From assembly GCF_016903815.1 (NCBI RefSeq), contig NZ_CP069973.1: a stretch of DNA of 64,000 bases; one strand, written 5' to 3'. Position 1 is the first letter of the stretch. Each line of letters begins with the position of its first letter. The translations under genes were made by a program, and so were the position numbers. Source of the DNA: Escherichia coli. GTDB lineage: Bacteria; Pseudomonadota; Gammaproteobacteria; Enterobacterales; Enterobacteriaceae. The notes beneath the pieces are model-generated. The model searched no databases, had not been told where the DNA came from, and worked only from the letters and a program-made list of their open reading frames with translations. Below are positions 1 through 16,824 of the stretch, in pieces.

Positions 1-331
1 ATGAGGGCGATGTATTACCACCTTCACACCCAAATCCAGAAAATACATGAGACGTTGTAAGTTGCTCTCCTGTTTTTATTTCATTACTAGTGACCTGAAA
101 TGCTGCGGCCTGCGCAGAAAATGTTATGAATGCCAATACACTTGAAACGATAAGTTTTTTCATAAAAACCTCATTGTTGTGACCTATCGTTATTTTATTT
201 GATGTGCCTTGATCTCATTATGCATAAAGGCGCAATGATCGCGCAAATGCAATCATAATTATAAAGGTGCCCCGAACATTAGCCATAATATGCACAAATC
301 AGATTCCTGTTATCTCAAGGATAATTATTTT

Positions 332-664
332 TTAATGCGGTGCACTTCGTGACAACAAGTTAATGACTAACACACCGGCACAAATCAACATCATGCCTAT
401 GATAGCTGGCAGGTCCAGTCGTTGACCAAAAAATCCCCAGGAAAGCAAACTAATCAGAACGATACCGACGCCTGACCAGATAGCATAAGCAATCCCTGTA
501 GGTATATAAGCCAGCGTCTGAGCTAATAACCAGAATGATGCACAATAGCAAATAATTGTGCCAACAGAGGGCCATAACCGTGTAAACCCCTCTGAAAACT
601 TCATTAAGGTTGTACCAATGACCTCTGCAAGTATTGCGCCACCAAGATAAATATAAGGGTTCAT
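332..664 (-). CDS. emrE: SMR-family multidrug efflux protein EmrE-like (110 aa)
   Basis: Translation MNPYIYLGGAILAEVIGTTLMKFSEGF... matches EmrE almost residue for residue from memory, including the essential Glu14 motif. AGGAAA RBS precedes the ATG at 664. The ORF-track extension to 844 lacks RBS support. Confidence 0.8.
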   Translation of the reverse strand: MNPYIYLGGAILAEVIGTTLMKFSEGFTRLWPSVGTIICYCASFWLLAQTLAYIPTGIAYAIWSGVGIVLISLLSWGFFGQRLDLPAIIGMMLICAGVLVINLLSRSAPH

Positions 665-1007
665 AGCATATTCTTTCCTGTTCATACTGGAGAGAATTGT
701 ACTACAGTTTGAACACAACTCACCGTTTTCATCCTGGTGTATGTGTATCCAGGGGGCTCTGGCGTGGCAAGAGATAAAGGCAGGAACAATAATGATCAGA
801 AGGAACCCCAGGCTAACGAATGAGTTCACTCTTCCTGGGAGCAAAGCGAAGACAAAACATGTTATCGCGTTTACGGATCGTGGATGGCAGAAAACTTTCA
901 GGATCAGGTATCCATTTTAAACCAGAAATTGAGTGAGTTTGCCCCATCCATGCCCCACGCTGTGGGACCGGATATAATAAACAAGCATAGTCAACAGGTT
1001 ACAAAAC

Positions 1008-1322
1008 CTACACCTGCATGGACATCACTTCCTGATACGCCGCCACCAGCTTATTACGCACCTGAATCCCCATTTGCATAGAAACTGAGGCTTTTTGCAT
1101 ATCGGTCATCACATCGTTTAGCGCCACGCCGGGCTCACCGAGGGTGAATTTTTCTGCCTGCGTGCGGGCGGCTGTTTGTGTATCGCTTATGCGATCGAGC
1201 GCGGCGTGCAGCTGCCCGGCAAAACTAATTGTCGGTTGCGGCAGTGATTCCTGCGCACGCGCACTCATCGCCGTGGTCTGTAACTGGCTGATAACCCCTT
1301 CAATCCCCTGTATCGCTGACAT
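1008..1322 (-). CDS. fliE: flagellar hook-basal body complex protein FliE (104 aa)
   Basis: [24 protein letters not shown]... matches FliE. Divergent from fliF as in the canonical locus. Confidence 0.95.
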   Translation of the reverse strand: MSAIQGIEGVISQLQTTAMSARAQESLPQPTISFAGQLHAALDRISDTQTAARTQAEKFTLGEPGVALNDVMTDMQKASVSMQMGIQVRNKLVAAYQEVMSMQV

Positions 1323-1536
1323 TTTCATCTCCCGGATAATTTCTGGTAGCAAAGCCTACCAGTAAGTCAATAAGACAAAGGCGCTAAATAGCAACAAAAA
1401 AACGGGTTTATTGGCGGATAGAAAAAAACGAAAGCACAAATAATGGGAGCGTCAATTTTTCGAGTTTGCTGACCCGGGAGTGAGTCTTGTTCCACTTTGC
1501 CAATAACGCCGTCCATAATCAGCCACGAGGTGCGCG
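1323..1536. promoter_or_regulatory. divergent fliE / fliFGHIJK class-2 flagellar promoter region (expected FlhDC target)
   Basis: Intergenic region between divergent fliE and fliF. Function inferred from known flagellar regulon architecture; no box was delimited. Confidence 0.5.
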
Positions 1537-4861
<3,325 letters not shown>

Positions 4862-4862
<1 letters not shown>

Positions 4863-6235
4863 TGACCACGCGCCTGACTCGCTGGCTAACCACGCTGGAT
4901 AACTTTGAAGCCAAAATGGCGCAGTTGCCTGCGGTACGTCGCTACGGGCGATTAACCCGCGCTACCGGGCTGGTGCTGGAAGCCACCGGATTACAATTGC
5001 CGCTCGGCGCAACCTGTGTCATTGAGCGCCAGAACGGCAGCGAAACGCACGAAGTAGAAAGCGAAGTCGTCGGCTTTAACGGTCAACGGCTGTTTTTAAT
5101 GCCGCTGGAGGAAGTGGAAGGTGTCCTGCCCGGCGCGCGTGTATATGCCAAAAACATTTCGGCAGAAGGGCTGCAAAGCGGCAAGCAGTTGCCGCTCGGT
5201 CCGGCGTTATTAGGTCGTGTTCTGGACGGCAGCGGTAAACCGCTCGATGGCCTCCCCTCCCCCGATACGACGGAAACCGGTGCGCTGATTACCCCGCCAT
5301 TTAACCCATTGCAACGTACACCGATTGAACATGTGCTGGACACCGGCGTGCGCCCAATCAATGCCCTGCTTACCGTCGGGCGCGGGCAGCGTATGGGGCT
5401 GTTTGCCGGGTCCGGCGTTGGTAAAAGTGTGCTGCTGGGGATGATGGCCCGTTACACCCGCGCCGATGTCATTGTCGTGGGTTTGATTGGTGAACGAGGG
5501 CGCGAAGTAAAAGATTTTATTGAGAATATTCTCGGTGCCGAAGGACGTGCACGCTCCGTGGTGATTGCCGCTCCGGCGGATGTTTCTCCGCTCCTGCGAA
5601 TGCAGGGTGCCGCCTATGCCACGCGCATTGCCGAAGATTTTCGCGATCGTGGTCAGCATGTGTTGCTGATTATGGACTCCCTCACCCGCTACGCGATGGC
5701 CCAGCGTGAAATTGCGCTGGCGATTGGCGAACCACCCGCCACCAAAGGTTATCCACCGTCGGTGTTTGCCAAATTACCGGCACTGGTCGAGCGTGCCGGA
5801 AATGGCATTAGCGGCGGCGGCTCGATTACCGCGTTTTATACCGTGCTCACCGAGGGCGATGACCAGCAGGACCCCATTGCCGACTCCGCGCGGGCCATCC
5901 TCGACGGTCACATTGTGCTGTCTCGCCGACTGGCGGAAGCCGGGCACTATCCGGCTATCGATATTGAAGCGTCGATCAGCCGCGCAATGACGGCGTTGAT
6001 CAGCGAGCAACATTATGCGCGAGTGCGCACCTTCAAACAGCTGTTGTCGAGTTTTCAGCGTAACCGCGATCTGGTTAGCGTCGGTGCGTATGCCAAAGGC
6101 AGCGATCCGATGCTCGATAAAGCCATCGCCCTGTGGCCGCAGCTGGAGGGCTATTTACAACAAGGCATTTTTGAACGCGCGGACTGGGAAGCGTCTCTCC
6201 AGGGGCTGGAGCGTATTTTCCCGACAGTGTCATAA
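4862..6235 (+). CDS. fliI: flagellum-specific ATPase FliI (457 aa)
   Basis: Walker A motif GSGVGKS present; length and sequence match FliI. Start overlaps the fliH stop (TAATG). Confidence 0.95.
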
Positions 6236-6253
6236 CCCAGGAGATAACGGCAG

Positions 6254-6697
6254 ATGGCAGAACATGGTGCGCTGGCGACCCTGAAAGATCTGGCAGAAAA
6301 AGAGGTAGAGGATGCCGCGCGCCTGCTGGGTGAAATGCGTCGCGGATGTCAGCAGGCGGAAGAACAGCTCAAAATGCTGATCGATTATCAGAATGAATAT
6401 CGCAATAACCTCAATAGCGATATGAGTGCCGGGATGACCAGCAACCGCTGGATCAACTATCAGCAGTTTATCCAGACGCTGGAAAAAGCCATTACTCAGC
6501 ATCGCCAGCAACTTAATCAGTGGACGCAGAAAGTTGACATTGCCCTGAACAGCTGGCGAGAAAAGAAACAACGTTTGCAGGCCTGGCAGACACTGCAGGA
6601 ACGGCAATCCACGGCGGCACTGCTTGCAGAAAACCGCCTCGATCAGAAAAAGATGGATGAGTTCGCCCAGCGCGCCGCCATGAGGAAACCTGAATGA
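6254..6697 (+). CDS. fliJ: flagellar export chaperone FliJ (147 aa)
   Basis: [25 protein letters not shown]... matches FliJ. Confidence 0.95.
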   Translation: MAEHGALATLKDLAEKEVEDAARLLGEMRRGCQQAEEQLKMLIDYQNEYRNNLNSDMSAGMTSNRWINYQQFIQTLEKAITQHRQQLNQWTQKVDIALNSWREKKQRLQAWQTLQERQSTAALLAENRLDQKKMDEFAQRAAMRKPE

Positions 6698-7821
6698 TTC
6701 GCATAGCGCCCTTGATTACCGCTGACGTTGATAACGCCACATTGCCTGGCGGCAAAGCCAGCGATGCTGCACAAGATTTTCTCGCGTTGTTGAGCGAAGC
6801 ATTAACAGGTGAGGCAACAACCGACAAAGCGACTCCCCAGTTGCTGGTGGCAACAGATAAGCCCACGGCAAAAGGCGAGCCGCTGGTCAGCGATATTCTT
6901 TCAGACGCGCAACAAGCAGATTTACTGATCCCTGTGGATGAAACACCGCCTGTCATCAACGACGAACAATCCACATTAACACCGTTAACCACCGCTCAGA
7001 CGATAACGTTGGCTGCGGCGGCTGACAACAATACGGCAAAAGACGAAAAAGCGGATGATCTGAATGAAGACGTCACCGCAAGCCTGAGTGCCCTTTTTGC
7101 GATGTTGCCGGGTTTTGACAATACGCCCAAAGTGACTGATGCACCGTCAACCGTGTTACCGACAGAGAAACCAACGCTTTTCACAAAACTGACTTCTGCG
7201 CAACTCACTACAGCACAGCCTGATGACGGCCCCGGCACGCCAGCTCAGCCATTAACAGCGCTGGTAGCAGAAGCCCAGAGTAAAGCGGAAGTCATCAGCA
7301 CACCTTCACCGGTGACCGCTGCCGCCAGCCCGCTAATCACTCCACACCAGACACAGCCACTGCCCACCGTCGCCGCGCCTGTCTTGAGTGCACCGCTGGG
7401 TTCTCACGAATGGCAACAATCATTAAGCCAGCATATTTCGCTGTTCACCCGCCAGGGGCAACAAAGTGCAGAGTTGCGTCTGCAGCCACAGGATTTAGGT
7501 GAAGTGCAAATCTCCCTCAAAGTGGATGATAACCAGGCGCAAATCCAGATGGTTTCGCCGCATCAGCACGTACGCGCCGCCCTGGAAGCAGCGCTGCCGG
7601 TACTTCGTACGCAGCTGGCCGAAAGTGGCATTCAGTTAGGGCAAAGCAACATCAGTGGCGAAAGCTTTAGTGGCCAGCAGCAGGCCGCTTCCCAGCAACA
7701 GCAAAGCCAACGCACAGCAAACCATGAACCTCTGGCGGGGGAAGACGACGATACGCTTCCGGTTCCCGTCTCTTTACAAGGGCGTGTAACAGGCAACAGC
7801 GGCGTTGATATTTTCGCCTAA
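6694..7821 (+). CDS. fliK: flagellar hook-length control protein FliK (375 aa)
   Basis: Pro/Gln/Thr-rich central region with conserved C-terminal domain; 4-nt overlap with fliJ. Confidence 0.93.
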   Translation: MIRIAPLITADVDNATLPGGKASDAAQDFLALLSEALTGEATTDKATPQLLVATDKPTAKGEPLVSDILSDAQQADLLIPVDETPPVINDEQSTLTPLTTAQTITLAAAADNNTAKDEKADDLNEDVTASLSALFAMLPGFDNTPKVTDAPSTVLPTEKPTLFTKLTSAQLTTAQPDDGPGTPAQPLTALVAEAQSKAEVISTPSPVTAAASPLITPHQTQPLPTVAAPVLSAPLGSHEWQQSLSQHISLFTRQGQQSAELRLQPQDLGEVQISLKVDDNQAQIQMVSPHQHVRAALEAALPVLRTQLAESGIQLGQSNISGESFSGQQQAASQQQQSQRTANHEPLAGEDDDTLPVPVSLQGRVTGNSGVDIFA

Positions 7822-7925
7822 CGTCAGAGGTAGCACCGTAATCCGCGTCTTTTCCCCGCTTTGTTGCGCTCAAGACGCAGGATAATTAGCCGATAAGCAG
7901 TAGCGACACAGGAAGACCGCAACAC
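7822..7925. promoter_or_regulatory. fliLMNOPQR class-2 promoter region
   Basis: Intergenic region between fliK and fliL; function inferred from operon architecture. Confidence 0.45.
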
Positions 7926-8390
7926 ATGACTGATTACGCGATAAGCAAGAAAAGCAAGCGATCGCTTTGGATCCCGATTCTGGTATTCATTACCCTCGCG
8001 GCCTGTGCCAGCGCAGGTTACAGCTACTGGCATTCGCATCAGGTTGCCGCTGACGACAAAGCGCAGCAACGCGTCGTGCCCTCCCCGGTCTTCTATGCGC
8101 TGGATACCTTTACGGTCAATCTGGGCGATGCGGATCGCGTGCTTTATATCGGCATAACCCTGCGACTGAAAGATGAAGCAACCCGCTCGCGGCTGAGTGA
8201 GTATTTGCCGGAAGTCCGTAGTCGCTTGCTGTTACTGTTTTCGCGTCAGGATGCTGCCGTACTGGCGACAGAAGAAGGCAAGAAAAACCTGATTGCCGAG
8301 ATTAAAACCACACTTTCCACCCCGCTTGTTGCCGGGCAACCGAAACAGGATGTCACCGACGTGCTGTATACCGCTTTTATTCTGCGATAA
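7926..8390 (+). CDS. fliL: flagellar basal body-associated protein FliL (154 aa)
   Basis: [26 protein letters not shown]... matches FliL. Confidence 0.95.
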   Translation: MTDYAISKKSKRSLWIPILVFITLAACASAGYSYWHSHQVAADDKAQQRVVPSPVFYALDTFTVNLGDADRVLYIGITLRLKDEATRSRLSEYLPEVRSRLLLLFSRQDAAVLATEEGKKNLIAEIKTTLSTPLVAGQPKQDVTDVLYTAFILR

Positions 8391-8394
8391 CGAC

Positions 8395-9399
8395 ATGGGC
8401 GATAGTATTCTTTCTCAAGCTGAAATTGATGCGCTGTTGAATGGTGACAGCGAAGTCAAAGACGAACCGACAGCCAGTGTTAGCGGCGAAAGTGACATTC
8501 GTCCGTACGATCCGAATACCCAACGACGGGTTGTGCGCGAACGTTTGCAGGCGCTGGAAATCATTAATGAGCGCTTTGCCCGCCATTTTCGTATGGGGCT
8601 GTTCAACCTGCTGCGCCGTAGCCCGGATATTACCGTCGGGGCCATCCGCATTCAGCCGTACCATGAATTTGCCCGCAACCTGCCGGTGCCGACCAACCTG
8701 AACCTTATCCATCTGAAACCGCTGCGCGGCACAGGGCTGGTGGTGTTCTCACCGAGTCTGGTGTTTATCGCCGTGGATAACCTGTTTGGCGGCGATGGAC
8801 GCTTCCCGACCAAAGTGGAAGGCCGCGAGTTTACCCATACAGAACAGCGCGTCATCAATCGCATGTTAAAGCTGGCGCTTGAAGGCTATAGCGACGCCTG
8901 GAAGGCGATTAATCCGCTGGAAGTTGAGTACGTGCGTTCGGAAATGCAGGTGAAATTTACCAATATCACCACCTCGCCGAACGACATTGTGGTTAACACG
9001 CCGTTCCATGTGGAGATTGGCAACCTGACCGGCGAATTTAATATCTGCCTGCCATTCAGCATGATCGAGCCGCTACGGGAATTGTTGGTTAACCCGCCGC
9101 TGGAAAACTCGCGTAATGAAGATCAGAACTGGCGCGATAACCTGGTGCGCCAGGTGCAGCATTCACAGCTCGAGCTGGTCGCCAACTTTGCCGATATATC
9201 GCTACGCCTGTCGCAGATTTTAAAACTGAAACCCGGCGACGTCCTGCCGATAGAAAAACCCGACCGCATCATCGCCCATGTTGACGGCGTCCCGGTGCTG
9301 ACCAGTCAGTACGGCACACTCAACGGTCAATATGCGTTACGGATAGAACATTTGATTAACCCGATTTTAAATTCTCTGAACGAGGAACAGCCCAAATGA
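8395..9399 (+). CDS. fliM: flagellar motor switch protein FliM (334 aa)
   Basis: Start set at MGDSILSQAEIDALL (ATG 8395). The ORF-track start at 8293 would overlap fliL. Confidence 0.92.
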   Translation: MGDSILSQAEIDALLNGDSEVKDEPTASVSGESDIRPYDPNTQRRVVRERLQALEIINERFARHFRMGLFNLLRRSPDITVGAIRIQPYHEFARNLPVPTNLNLIHLKPLRGTGLVVFSPSLVFIAVDNLFGGDGRFPTKVEGREFTHTEQRVINRMLKLALEGYSDAWKAINPLEVEYVRSEMQVKFTNITTSPNDIVVNTPFHVEIGNLTGEFNICLPFSMIEPLRELLVNPPLENSRNEDQNWRDNLVRQVQHSQLELVANFADISLRLSQILKLKPGDVLPIEKPDRIIAHVDGVPVLTSQYGTLNGQYALRIEHLINPILNSLNEEQPK

Positions 9400-9809
9400 G
9401 TGACATGAATAATCCGGCCGATGACAACAACGGCGCAATGGACGATCTGTGGGCTGAAGCGTTGAGCGAACAAAAATCAACCAGTAGCAAAAGCGCTGCC
9501 GACGCGGTGTTCCAGCAATTTGGCGGTGGTGATGTCAGCGGAACGTTGCAGGATATCGACCTGATTATGGATATTCCGGTCAAGCTGACCGTCGAACTGG
9601 GCCGCACACGAATGACCATCAAAGAGTTATTGCGTCTGACGCAAGGGTCCGTCGTGGCGCTGGACGGTCTGGCGGGCGAACCGCTGGATATTCTGATCAA
9701 CGGTTATTTAATTGCTCAGGGCGAAGTTGTCGTAGTCGCTGATAAATATGGCGTGCGGATCACCGATATCATTACTCCGTCTGAGCGGATGCGCCGCCTG
9801 AGCCGTTAG
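9396..9809 (+). CDS. fliN: flagellar motor switch protein FliN (137 aa)
   Basis: MSDMNNPADDNNGAMDDLW... matches FliN. Confidence 0.95.
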   Translation: MSDMNNPADDNNGAMDDLWAEALSEQKSTSSKSAADAVFQQFGGGDVSGTLQDIDLIMDIPVKLTVELGRTRMTIKELLRLTQGSVVALDGLAGEPLDILINGYLIAQGEVVVVADKYGVRITDIITPSERMRRLSR

Positions 9810-9811
9810 TG

Positions 9812-10177
9812 ATGAATAACCACGCTACTGTGCAATCTTCTGCGCCGGTTTCTGCTGCGCCACTGCTGCAGGTGAGCGGCGCACTCATCGCCATTATTGC
9901 CCTGATCCTCGCTGCTGCCTGGCTGGTAAAACGGCTGGGATTTGCCCCTAAACGCACTGGCGTTAACGGTCTGAAAATTAGCGCCAGTGCTTCACTGGGC
10001 GCGCGTGAACGGGTTGTGGTGGTCGATGTGGAAGATGCACGGCTGGTGCTCGGCGTTACCGCAGGGCAAATCAATCTGCTGCATAAACTTCCCCCTTCAG
10101 CACCAACGGAAGAGATACCGCAGACCGATTTTCAGTCGGTTATGAAAAACTTGCTTAAGCGTAGCGGGAGATCCTGA
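9812..10177 (+). CDS. fliO: flagellar biosynthesis protein FliO (121 aa)
   Basis: ATG at 9812 immediately after the fliN stop; single TM segment. A GTG at 9809 is an alternative start. Confidence 0.88.
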   Translation: MNNHATVQSSAPVSAAPLLQVSGALIAIIALILAAAWLVKRLGFAPKRTGVNGLKISASASLGARERVVVVDVEDARLVLGVTAGQINLLHKLPPSAPTEEIPQTDFQSVMKNLLKRSGRS

Positions 10178-10914
10178 TGCGTCGTTTGTTGTCTGTCGCA
10201 CCTGTCCTTCTCTGGCTGGTTACGCCCCTCGCCTTCGCGCAACTGCCGGGTATCACCAGCCAGCCGCTGCCTGGCGGTGGACAAAGCTGGTCGCTCCCGG
10301 TGCAAACGCTGGTGTTCATCACCTCGTTGACGTTTATTCCGGCAATTTTACTGATGATGACCAGTTTCACCCGCATCATCATTGTTTTTGGTTTATTGCG
10401 TAACGCGTTGGGAACACCCTCCGCGCCACCTAACCAGGTATTGCTGGGACTGGCGCTGTTTTTGACCTTTTTTATTATGTCGCCGGTGATCGATAAAATT
10501 TATGTCGATGCGTACCAGCCATTCAGCGAAGAGAAAATCTCAATGCAGGAGGCGCTGGAAAAAGGGGCGCAGCCGCTGCGTGAGTTTATGCTGCGTCAGA
10601 CCCGCGAGGCGGATTTAGGGTTGTTTGCCAGACTGGCGAATACTGGCCCGTTGCAGGGACCTGAAGCTGTGCCGATGCGCATTTTGCTCCCGGCCTACGT
10701 GACCAGCGAGTTGAAAACCGCATTTCAGATAGGCTTCACGATTTTCATTCCTTTTTTGATTATCGACCTGGTGATTGCCAGCGTGTTGATGGCATTGGGG
10801 ATGATGATGGTTCCCCCAGCCACAATTGCTCTGCCCTTTAAACTGATGCTGTTTGTACTGGTGGATGGCTGGCAATTGCTGGTCGGTTCGCTGGCGCAGA
10901 GCTTTTACAGCTAG
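10177..10914 (+). CDS. fliP: flagellar export apparatus protein FliP (245 aa)
   Basis: Signal peptide plus polytopic membrane protein matching FliP; start overlaps the fliO stop. Confidence 0.95.
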   Translation: MRRLLSVAPVLLWLVTPLAFAQLPGITSQPLPGGGQSWSLPVQTLVFITSLTFIPAILLMMTSFTRIIIVFGLLRNALGTPSAPPNQVLLGLALFLTFFIMSPVIDKIYVDAYQPFSEEKISMQEALEKGAQPLREFMLRQTREADLGLFARLANTGPLQGPEAVPMRILLPAYVTSELKTAFQIGFTIFIPFLIIDLVIASVLMALGMMMVPPATIALPFKLMLFVLVDGWQLLVGSLAQSFYS

Positions 10915-10923
10915 AGAGGCAAA

Positions 10924-11193
10924 ATGACACCTGAATCGGTCATGATGATGGGGACTGAAGCGATGAAAGTCGCGCTGGCACTGGCTGCCCCACTGTTGCT
11001 GGTGGCGCTGGTCACGGGTCTTATCATCAGTATTTTGCAGGCCGCCACCCAGATTAACGAAATGACGCTGTCGTTTATTCCGAAAATCATCGCCGTATTT
11101 ATCGCCATTATTATTGCCGGACCGTGGATGCTCAATCTGTTGCTGGATTACGTCCGCACCTTGTTCACTAACCTGCCGTATATCATCGGGTAG
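10924..11193 (+). CDS. fliQ: flagellar export apparatus protein FliQ (89 aa)
   Basis: 89-aa hydrophobic protein matching FliQ. Confidence 0.95.
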   Translation: MTPESVMMMGTEAMKVALALAAPLLLVALVTGLIISILQAATQINEMTLSFIPKIIAVFIAIIIAGPWMLNLLLDYVRTLFTNLPYIIG

Positions 11194-11201
11194 GCCGTAC
11201 A

Positions 11202-11987
11202 ATGATGCAGGTAACAAGCGATCAATGGCTTTCCTGGTTAAGCCTGTACTTCTGGCCGTTACTGCGCGTGCTGGCGCTCATTTCTACCGCACCAATTCTG
11301 AGCGAACGCAGCGTGCCGAAACGGGTAAAACTGGGTCTGGCAATGATGATCACGTTCGCTATTGCCCCATCATTACCTGCCAACGATGTTCCTGTTTTTT
11401 CGTTCTTTGCTCTGTGGCTGGCCGTGCAGCAGATCCTGATCGGCATTGCGCTTGGTTTTACCATGCAATTTGCCTTTGCCGCTGTGCGAACCGCTGGTGA
11501 AATTATCGGTCTGCAAATGGGGCTGTCATTTGCGACGTTTGTCGATCCGGCCAGCCATCTCAATATGCCCGTTTTAGCGCGTATCATGGATATGCTGGCG
11601 TTACTGCTGTTCCTGACATTTAACGGTCATTTATGGTTGATTTCACTGCTGGCCGATACCTTTCACACCCTGCCAATTGGTGGCGAACCGTTGAACAGCA
11701 ATGCGTTTCTGGCACTCACCAAAGCAGGGAGTTTGATTTTCCTTAACGGGCTGATGCTGGCATTACCGCTCATTACTCTGCTGCTGACCCTGAATCTGGC
11801 ATTAGGCTTACTTAATCGTATGGCCCCGCAATTATCCATTTTTGTTATTGGATTTCCATTAACTCTGACTGTCGGTATCTCTTTAATGGCGGCATTAATG
11901 CCGTTAATTGCGCCTTTTTGCGAACATTTATTCAGTGAGATGTTTAATTTGCTGGCTGATATTATTAGTGAATTGCCATTAATATAA
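11202..11987 (+). CDS. fliR: flagellar export apparatus protein FliR (261 aa)
   Basis: 261-aa polytopic membrane protein matching FliR. Confidence 0.95.
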   Translation: MMQVTSDQWLSWLSLYFWPLLRVLALISTAPILSERSVPKRVKLGLAMMITFAIAPSLPANDVPVFSFFALWLAVQQILIGIALGFTMQFAFAAVRTAGEIIGLQMGLSFATFVDPASHLNMPVLARIMDMLALLLFLTFNGHLWLISLLADTFHTLPIGGEPLNSNAFLALTKAGSLIFLNGLMLALPLITLLLTLNLALGLLNRMAPQLSIFVIGFPLTLTVGISLMAALMPLIAPFCEHLFSEMFNLLADIISELPLI

Positions 11988-12012
11988 TTCCGTAACGTTT
12001 ATCATGTTATCC

Positions 12013-12026
12013 TAAGGATTATCCGA
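12013..12026. promoter_or_regulatory. RcsAB box upstream of rcsA (autoregulation site)
   Basis: TAAGGATTATCCGA resembles the RcsAB box consensus TaAGaatatTCctA and sits in the rcsA upstream region. Confidence 0.55.
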
Positions 12027-12276
12027 AAAATAATACCTACGAACATCTTCCAGGATACTCCTGCGGCGAAATATTTGTTTTAAGCTCACTCACATATCGC
12101 AACATTTACTTTACTTTAAGACAATTCCAGGCAAATTATACAACACTTTACGGGATAGTAAGTCCGCCTGAAAAATCGCGAGAGTGGCGCATTAGGTGAC
12201 CCATGTTGTTCCGTTTAGTCATGATGAAATATTCAGGTAAGGGGAATTATCGTTACGCATTGAGTGAGGGTATGCC

Positions 12277-12900
12277 ATGTCAACGATTATTATGGATTTA
12301 TGTAGTTACACCCGACTAGGTTTAACCGGGTATCTGTTGAGTAGAGGGGTTAAAAAAAGAGAAATCAACGACATTGAAACCGTTGATGACCTTGCCATAG
12401 CTTGTGATTCACAGCGCCCTTCAGTGGTGTTTATTAATGAGGACTGTTTCATCCACGATGCTTCTAACAGTCAGCGTATCAAGTTCATCATTAATCAACA
12501 TCCCAATACGTTATTTATCGTTTTTATGGCAATTGCCAATGTTCATTTTGATGAATATCTATTGGTCAGAAAAAATTTATTGATCAGTTCTAAATCGATT
12601 AAACCGGAATCTCTCGACGATATCCTTGGCGATATTCTGAAAAAAGAGACAACGATAACCTCGTTTTTAAATATGCCGACGTTATCATTGAGCCGAACCG
12701 AATCGAGTATGTTGCGAATGTGGATGGCAGGTCAGGGAACCATTCAAATCTCTGACCAAATGAATATCAAAGCCAAGACCGTTTCATCGCATAAAGGTAA
12801 TATTAAACGTAAGATCAAAACGCATAATAAACAGGTTATCTACCATGTCGTCCGACTGACGGATAATGTGACTAATGGTATTTTTGTCAACATGCGCTAA
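12277..12900 (+). CDS. rcsA: capsule (colanic acid) transcriptional activator RcsA (207 aa)
   Basis: [24 protein letters not shown]... with C-terminal LuxR-type HTH; matches RcsA. Confidence 0.95.
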   Translation: MSTIIMDLCSYTRLGLTGYLLSRGVKKREINDIETVDDLAIACDSQRPSVVFINEDCFIHDASNSQRIKFIINQHPNTLFIVFMAIANVHFDEYLLVRKNLLISSKSIKPESLDDILGDILKKETTITSFLNMPTLSLSRTESSMLRMWMAGQGTIQISDQMNIKAKTVSSHKGNIKRKIKTHNKQVIYHVVRLTDNVTNGIFVNMR

Positions 12901-12943
12901 CACATTCTGACTGGTGGTTTCCCACCAGTCAGGCCGAATTAGA

Positions 12944-13222
<279 letters not shown>

Positions 13223-13294
13223 CTATACTTAAGAGATGCCAGGCGGACTTAACGACTGGCCGCAACAACAGAGTAACGGTTGCGAGGAAAGATG

Positions 13295-13522
13295 ATGAAA
13301 ACCGCAAAAGAGTACAGCGATACCGCAAAACGTGAGGTCAGCGTCGATGTCGATGCCCTGCTGGCGGCGATCAATGAAATTAGCGAAAGCGAAGTTCATC
13401 GCAGCCAGAACGATTCTGAACACGTTAGCGTCGATGGACGTGAATATCATACATGGCGTGAATTGGCGGATGCCTTCGAACTGGATATTCATGACTTCAG
13501 CGTCTCTGAAGTGAATCGTTGA
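13295..13522 (+). CDS. yodD: stress-induced protein YodD (75 aa)
   Basis: MKTAKEYSDTAKREVSVDVDALLAAINE... matches YodD; start chosen within the longer track ORF. Confidence 0.88.
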   Translation: MKTAKEYSDTAKREVSVDVDALLAAINEISESEVHRSQNDSEHVSVDGREYHTWRELADAFELDIHDFSVSEVNR

Positions 13523-13535
13523 ATGCACAATAAAA

Positions 13536-13622
13536 AAATCCCGACCCTGAGGGGGTCGGGATGAAACTTGCTTAAGCAAGAAGCACTTAAAAAATTCGTT
13601 ACACCAGGAAATCTGATGTGTT
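13536..13622 (-). ncRNA. dsrA: DsrA small regulatory RNA (Hfq-dependent activator of rpoS translation, anti-H-NS)
   Basis: Reverse complement reads AACACATCAGATTTCCTGGTGTAACGAATTTTTTAAGTGCTTCTTGCTTAAGCAAGTTTCATCCCGACCCCCTCAGGGTCGGGATTT, the DsrA sequence with its terminal hairpin and U-tail. Confidence 0.93.
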
Positions 13623-13801
13623 CATCACCTTATCCGCAATTTTTTTCGCTGACAAGAAAATATTCGTGATATGAATGATTAACGCTACTTATGAATAGAA
13701 ATGTGACGCGCGTCACCCCTTGGTGGCTCTGGCGTCAACGGGATCGCTCCCGAAAAAATCATCTTTGATAATTTGTGCTGTTTTGAGAATCATCCTGGTA
13801 A

Positions 13802-16326
<2,525 letters not shown>

Positions 16327-16397
16327 CCTGACGACTCCCAACCTGCTTTTTTATGATTCTGGCATAACCTGGCGATAGCGTACCGCAAAACAGCGAT

Positions 16398-16549
16398 AAT
16401 TTTATAATGGTGGCATGATAAGACGCGACAGACATCGATAGTTTTATAACGTAGGCATGATAAGACGCGATAGCGTCGCATCAGGCAATTCAGTGCAGAC
16501 ACTGGCACACCCGACCGGATGCGACGTGAGCGCCACATCCGGTCGGGTG
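16398..16549. repeat. REP/BIME-like intergenic repeat cluster (two tandem ~40-bp repeats plus a perfect palindrome)
   Basis: Tandem copies containing GGCATGATAAGACGCGA at 16412-16428 and 16454-16470; palindrome CACCCGACCGGATG...CATCCGGTCGGGTG at 16507-16549. Confidence 0.7.
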
Positions 16550-16563
16550 TTAATGATACCCTT

Positions 16564-16746
16564 TCAAACTTCTTCCGCAGAACGACTCCCCTCCCCCGGA
16601 ACAAGCTCGGTTTCATGAAAAGCTTCCCGCTTGACCCCGTAACCGTCATACCAACGACACTCAACCATACCGCTGGAGTATCCGGTGACAATCATCCGCG
16701 GGCCGCCCTCTTTAACCGTAACTTCCTCACTAACCATAAAGCTCAT
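16564..16746 (-). CDS. yodC: small protein YodC (60 aa)
   Basis: MSFMVSEEVTVKEGGPRMIVTGYSS... matches YodC. Confidence 0.85.
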   Translation of the reverse strand: MSFMVSEEVTVKEGGPRMIVTGYSSGMVECRWYDGYGVKREAFHETELVPGEGSRSAEEV

Positions 16747-16824
16747 ACTCGCCTCCTTTTTTCGAGTGAAACTTGTTCACCTTAGTTGAAGATGGCGAAT
16801 TTTGCATAATAGCCTGTGCGAGTA

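Noticed and set aside
665-844. N-terminal extension of the emrE-like ORF (track ORF 332-844)
   Set aside because: EmrE homology starts at the ATG at 664, which has a good RBS; the extension is probably just open frame in the fliE-emrE spacer.
884-1081. 65-aa plus-strand ORF overlapping the fliE 3' end
   Set aside because: Overlaps a well-supported gene on the opposite strand; no RBS; Pro-rich low-complexity translation.
16398-16478. Possible CRISPR-like array (tandem repeats)
   Set aside because: Only two copies, no regular spacer structure, REP-like sequence content and no cas genes in the window.
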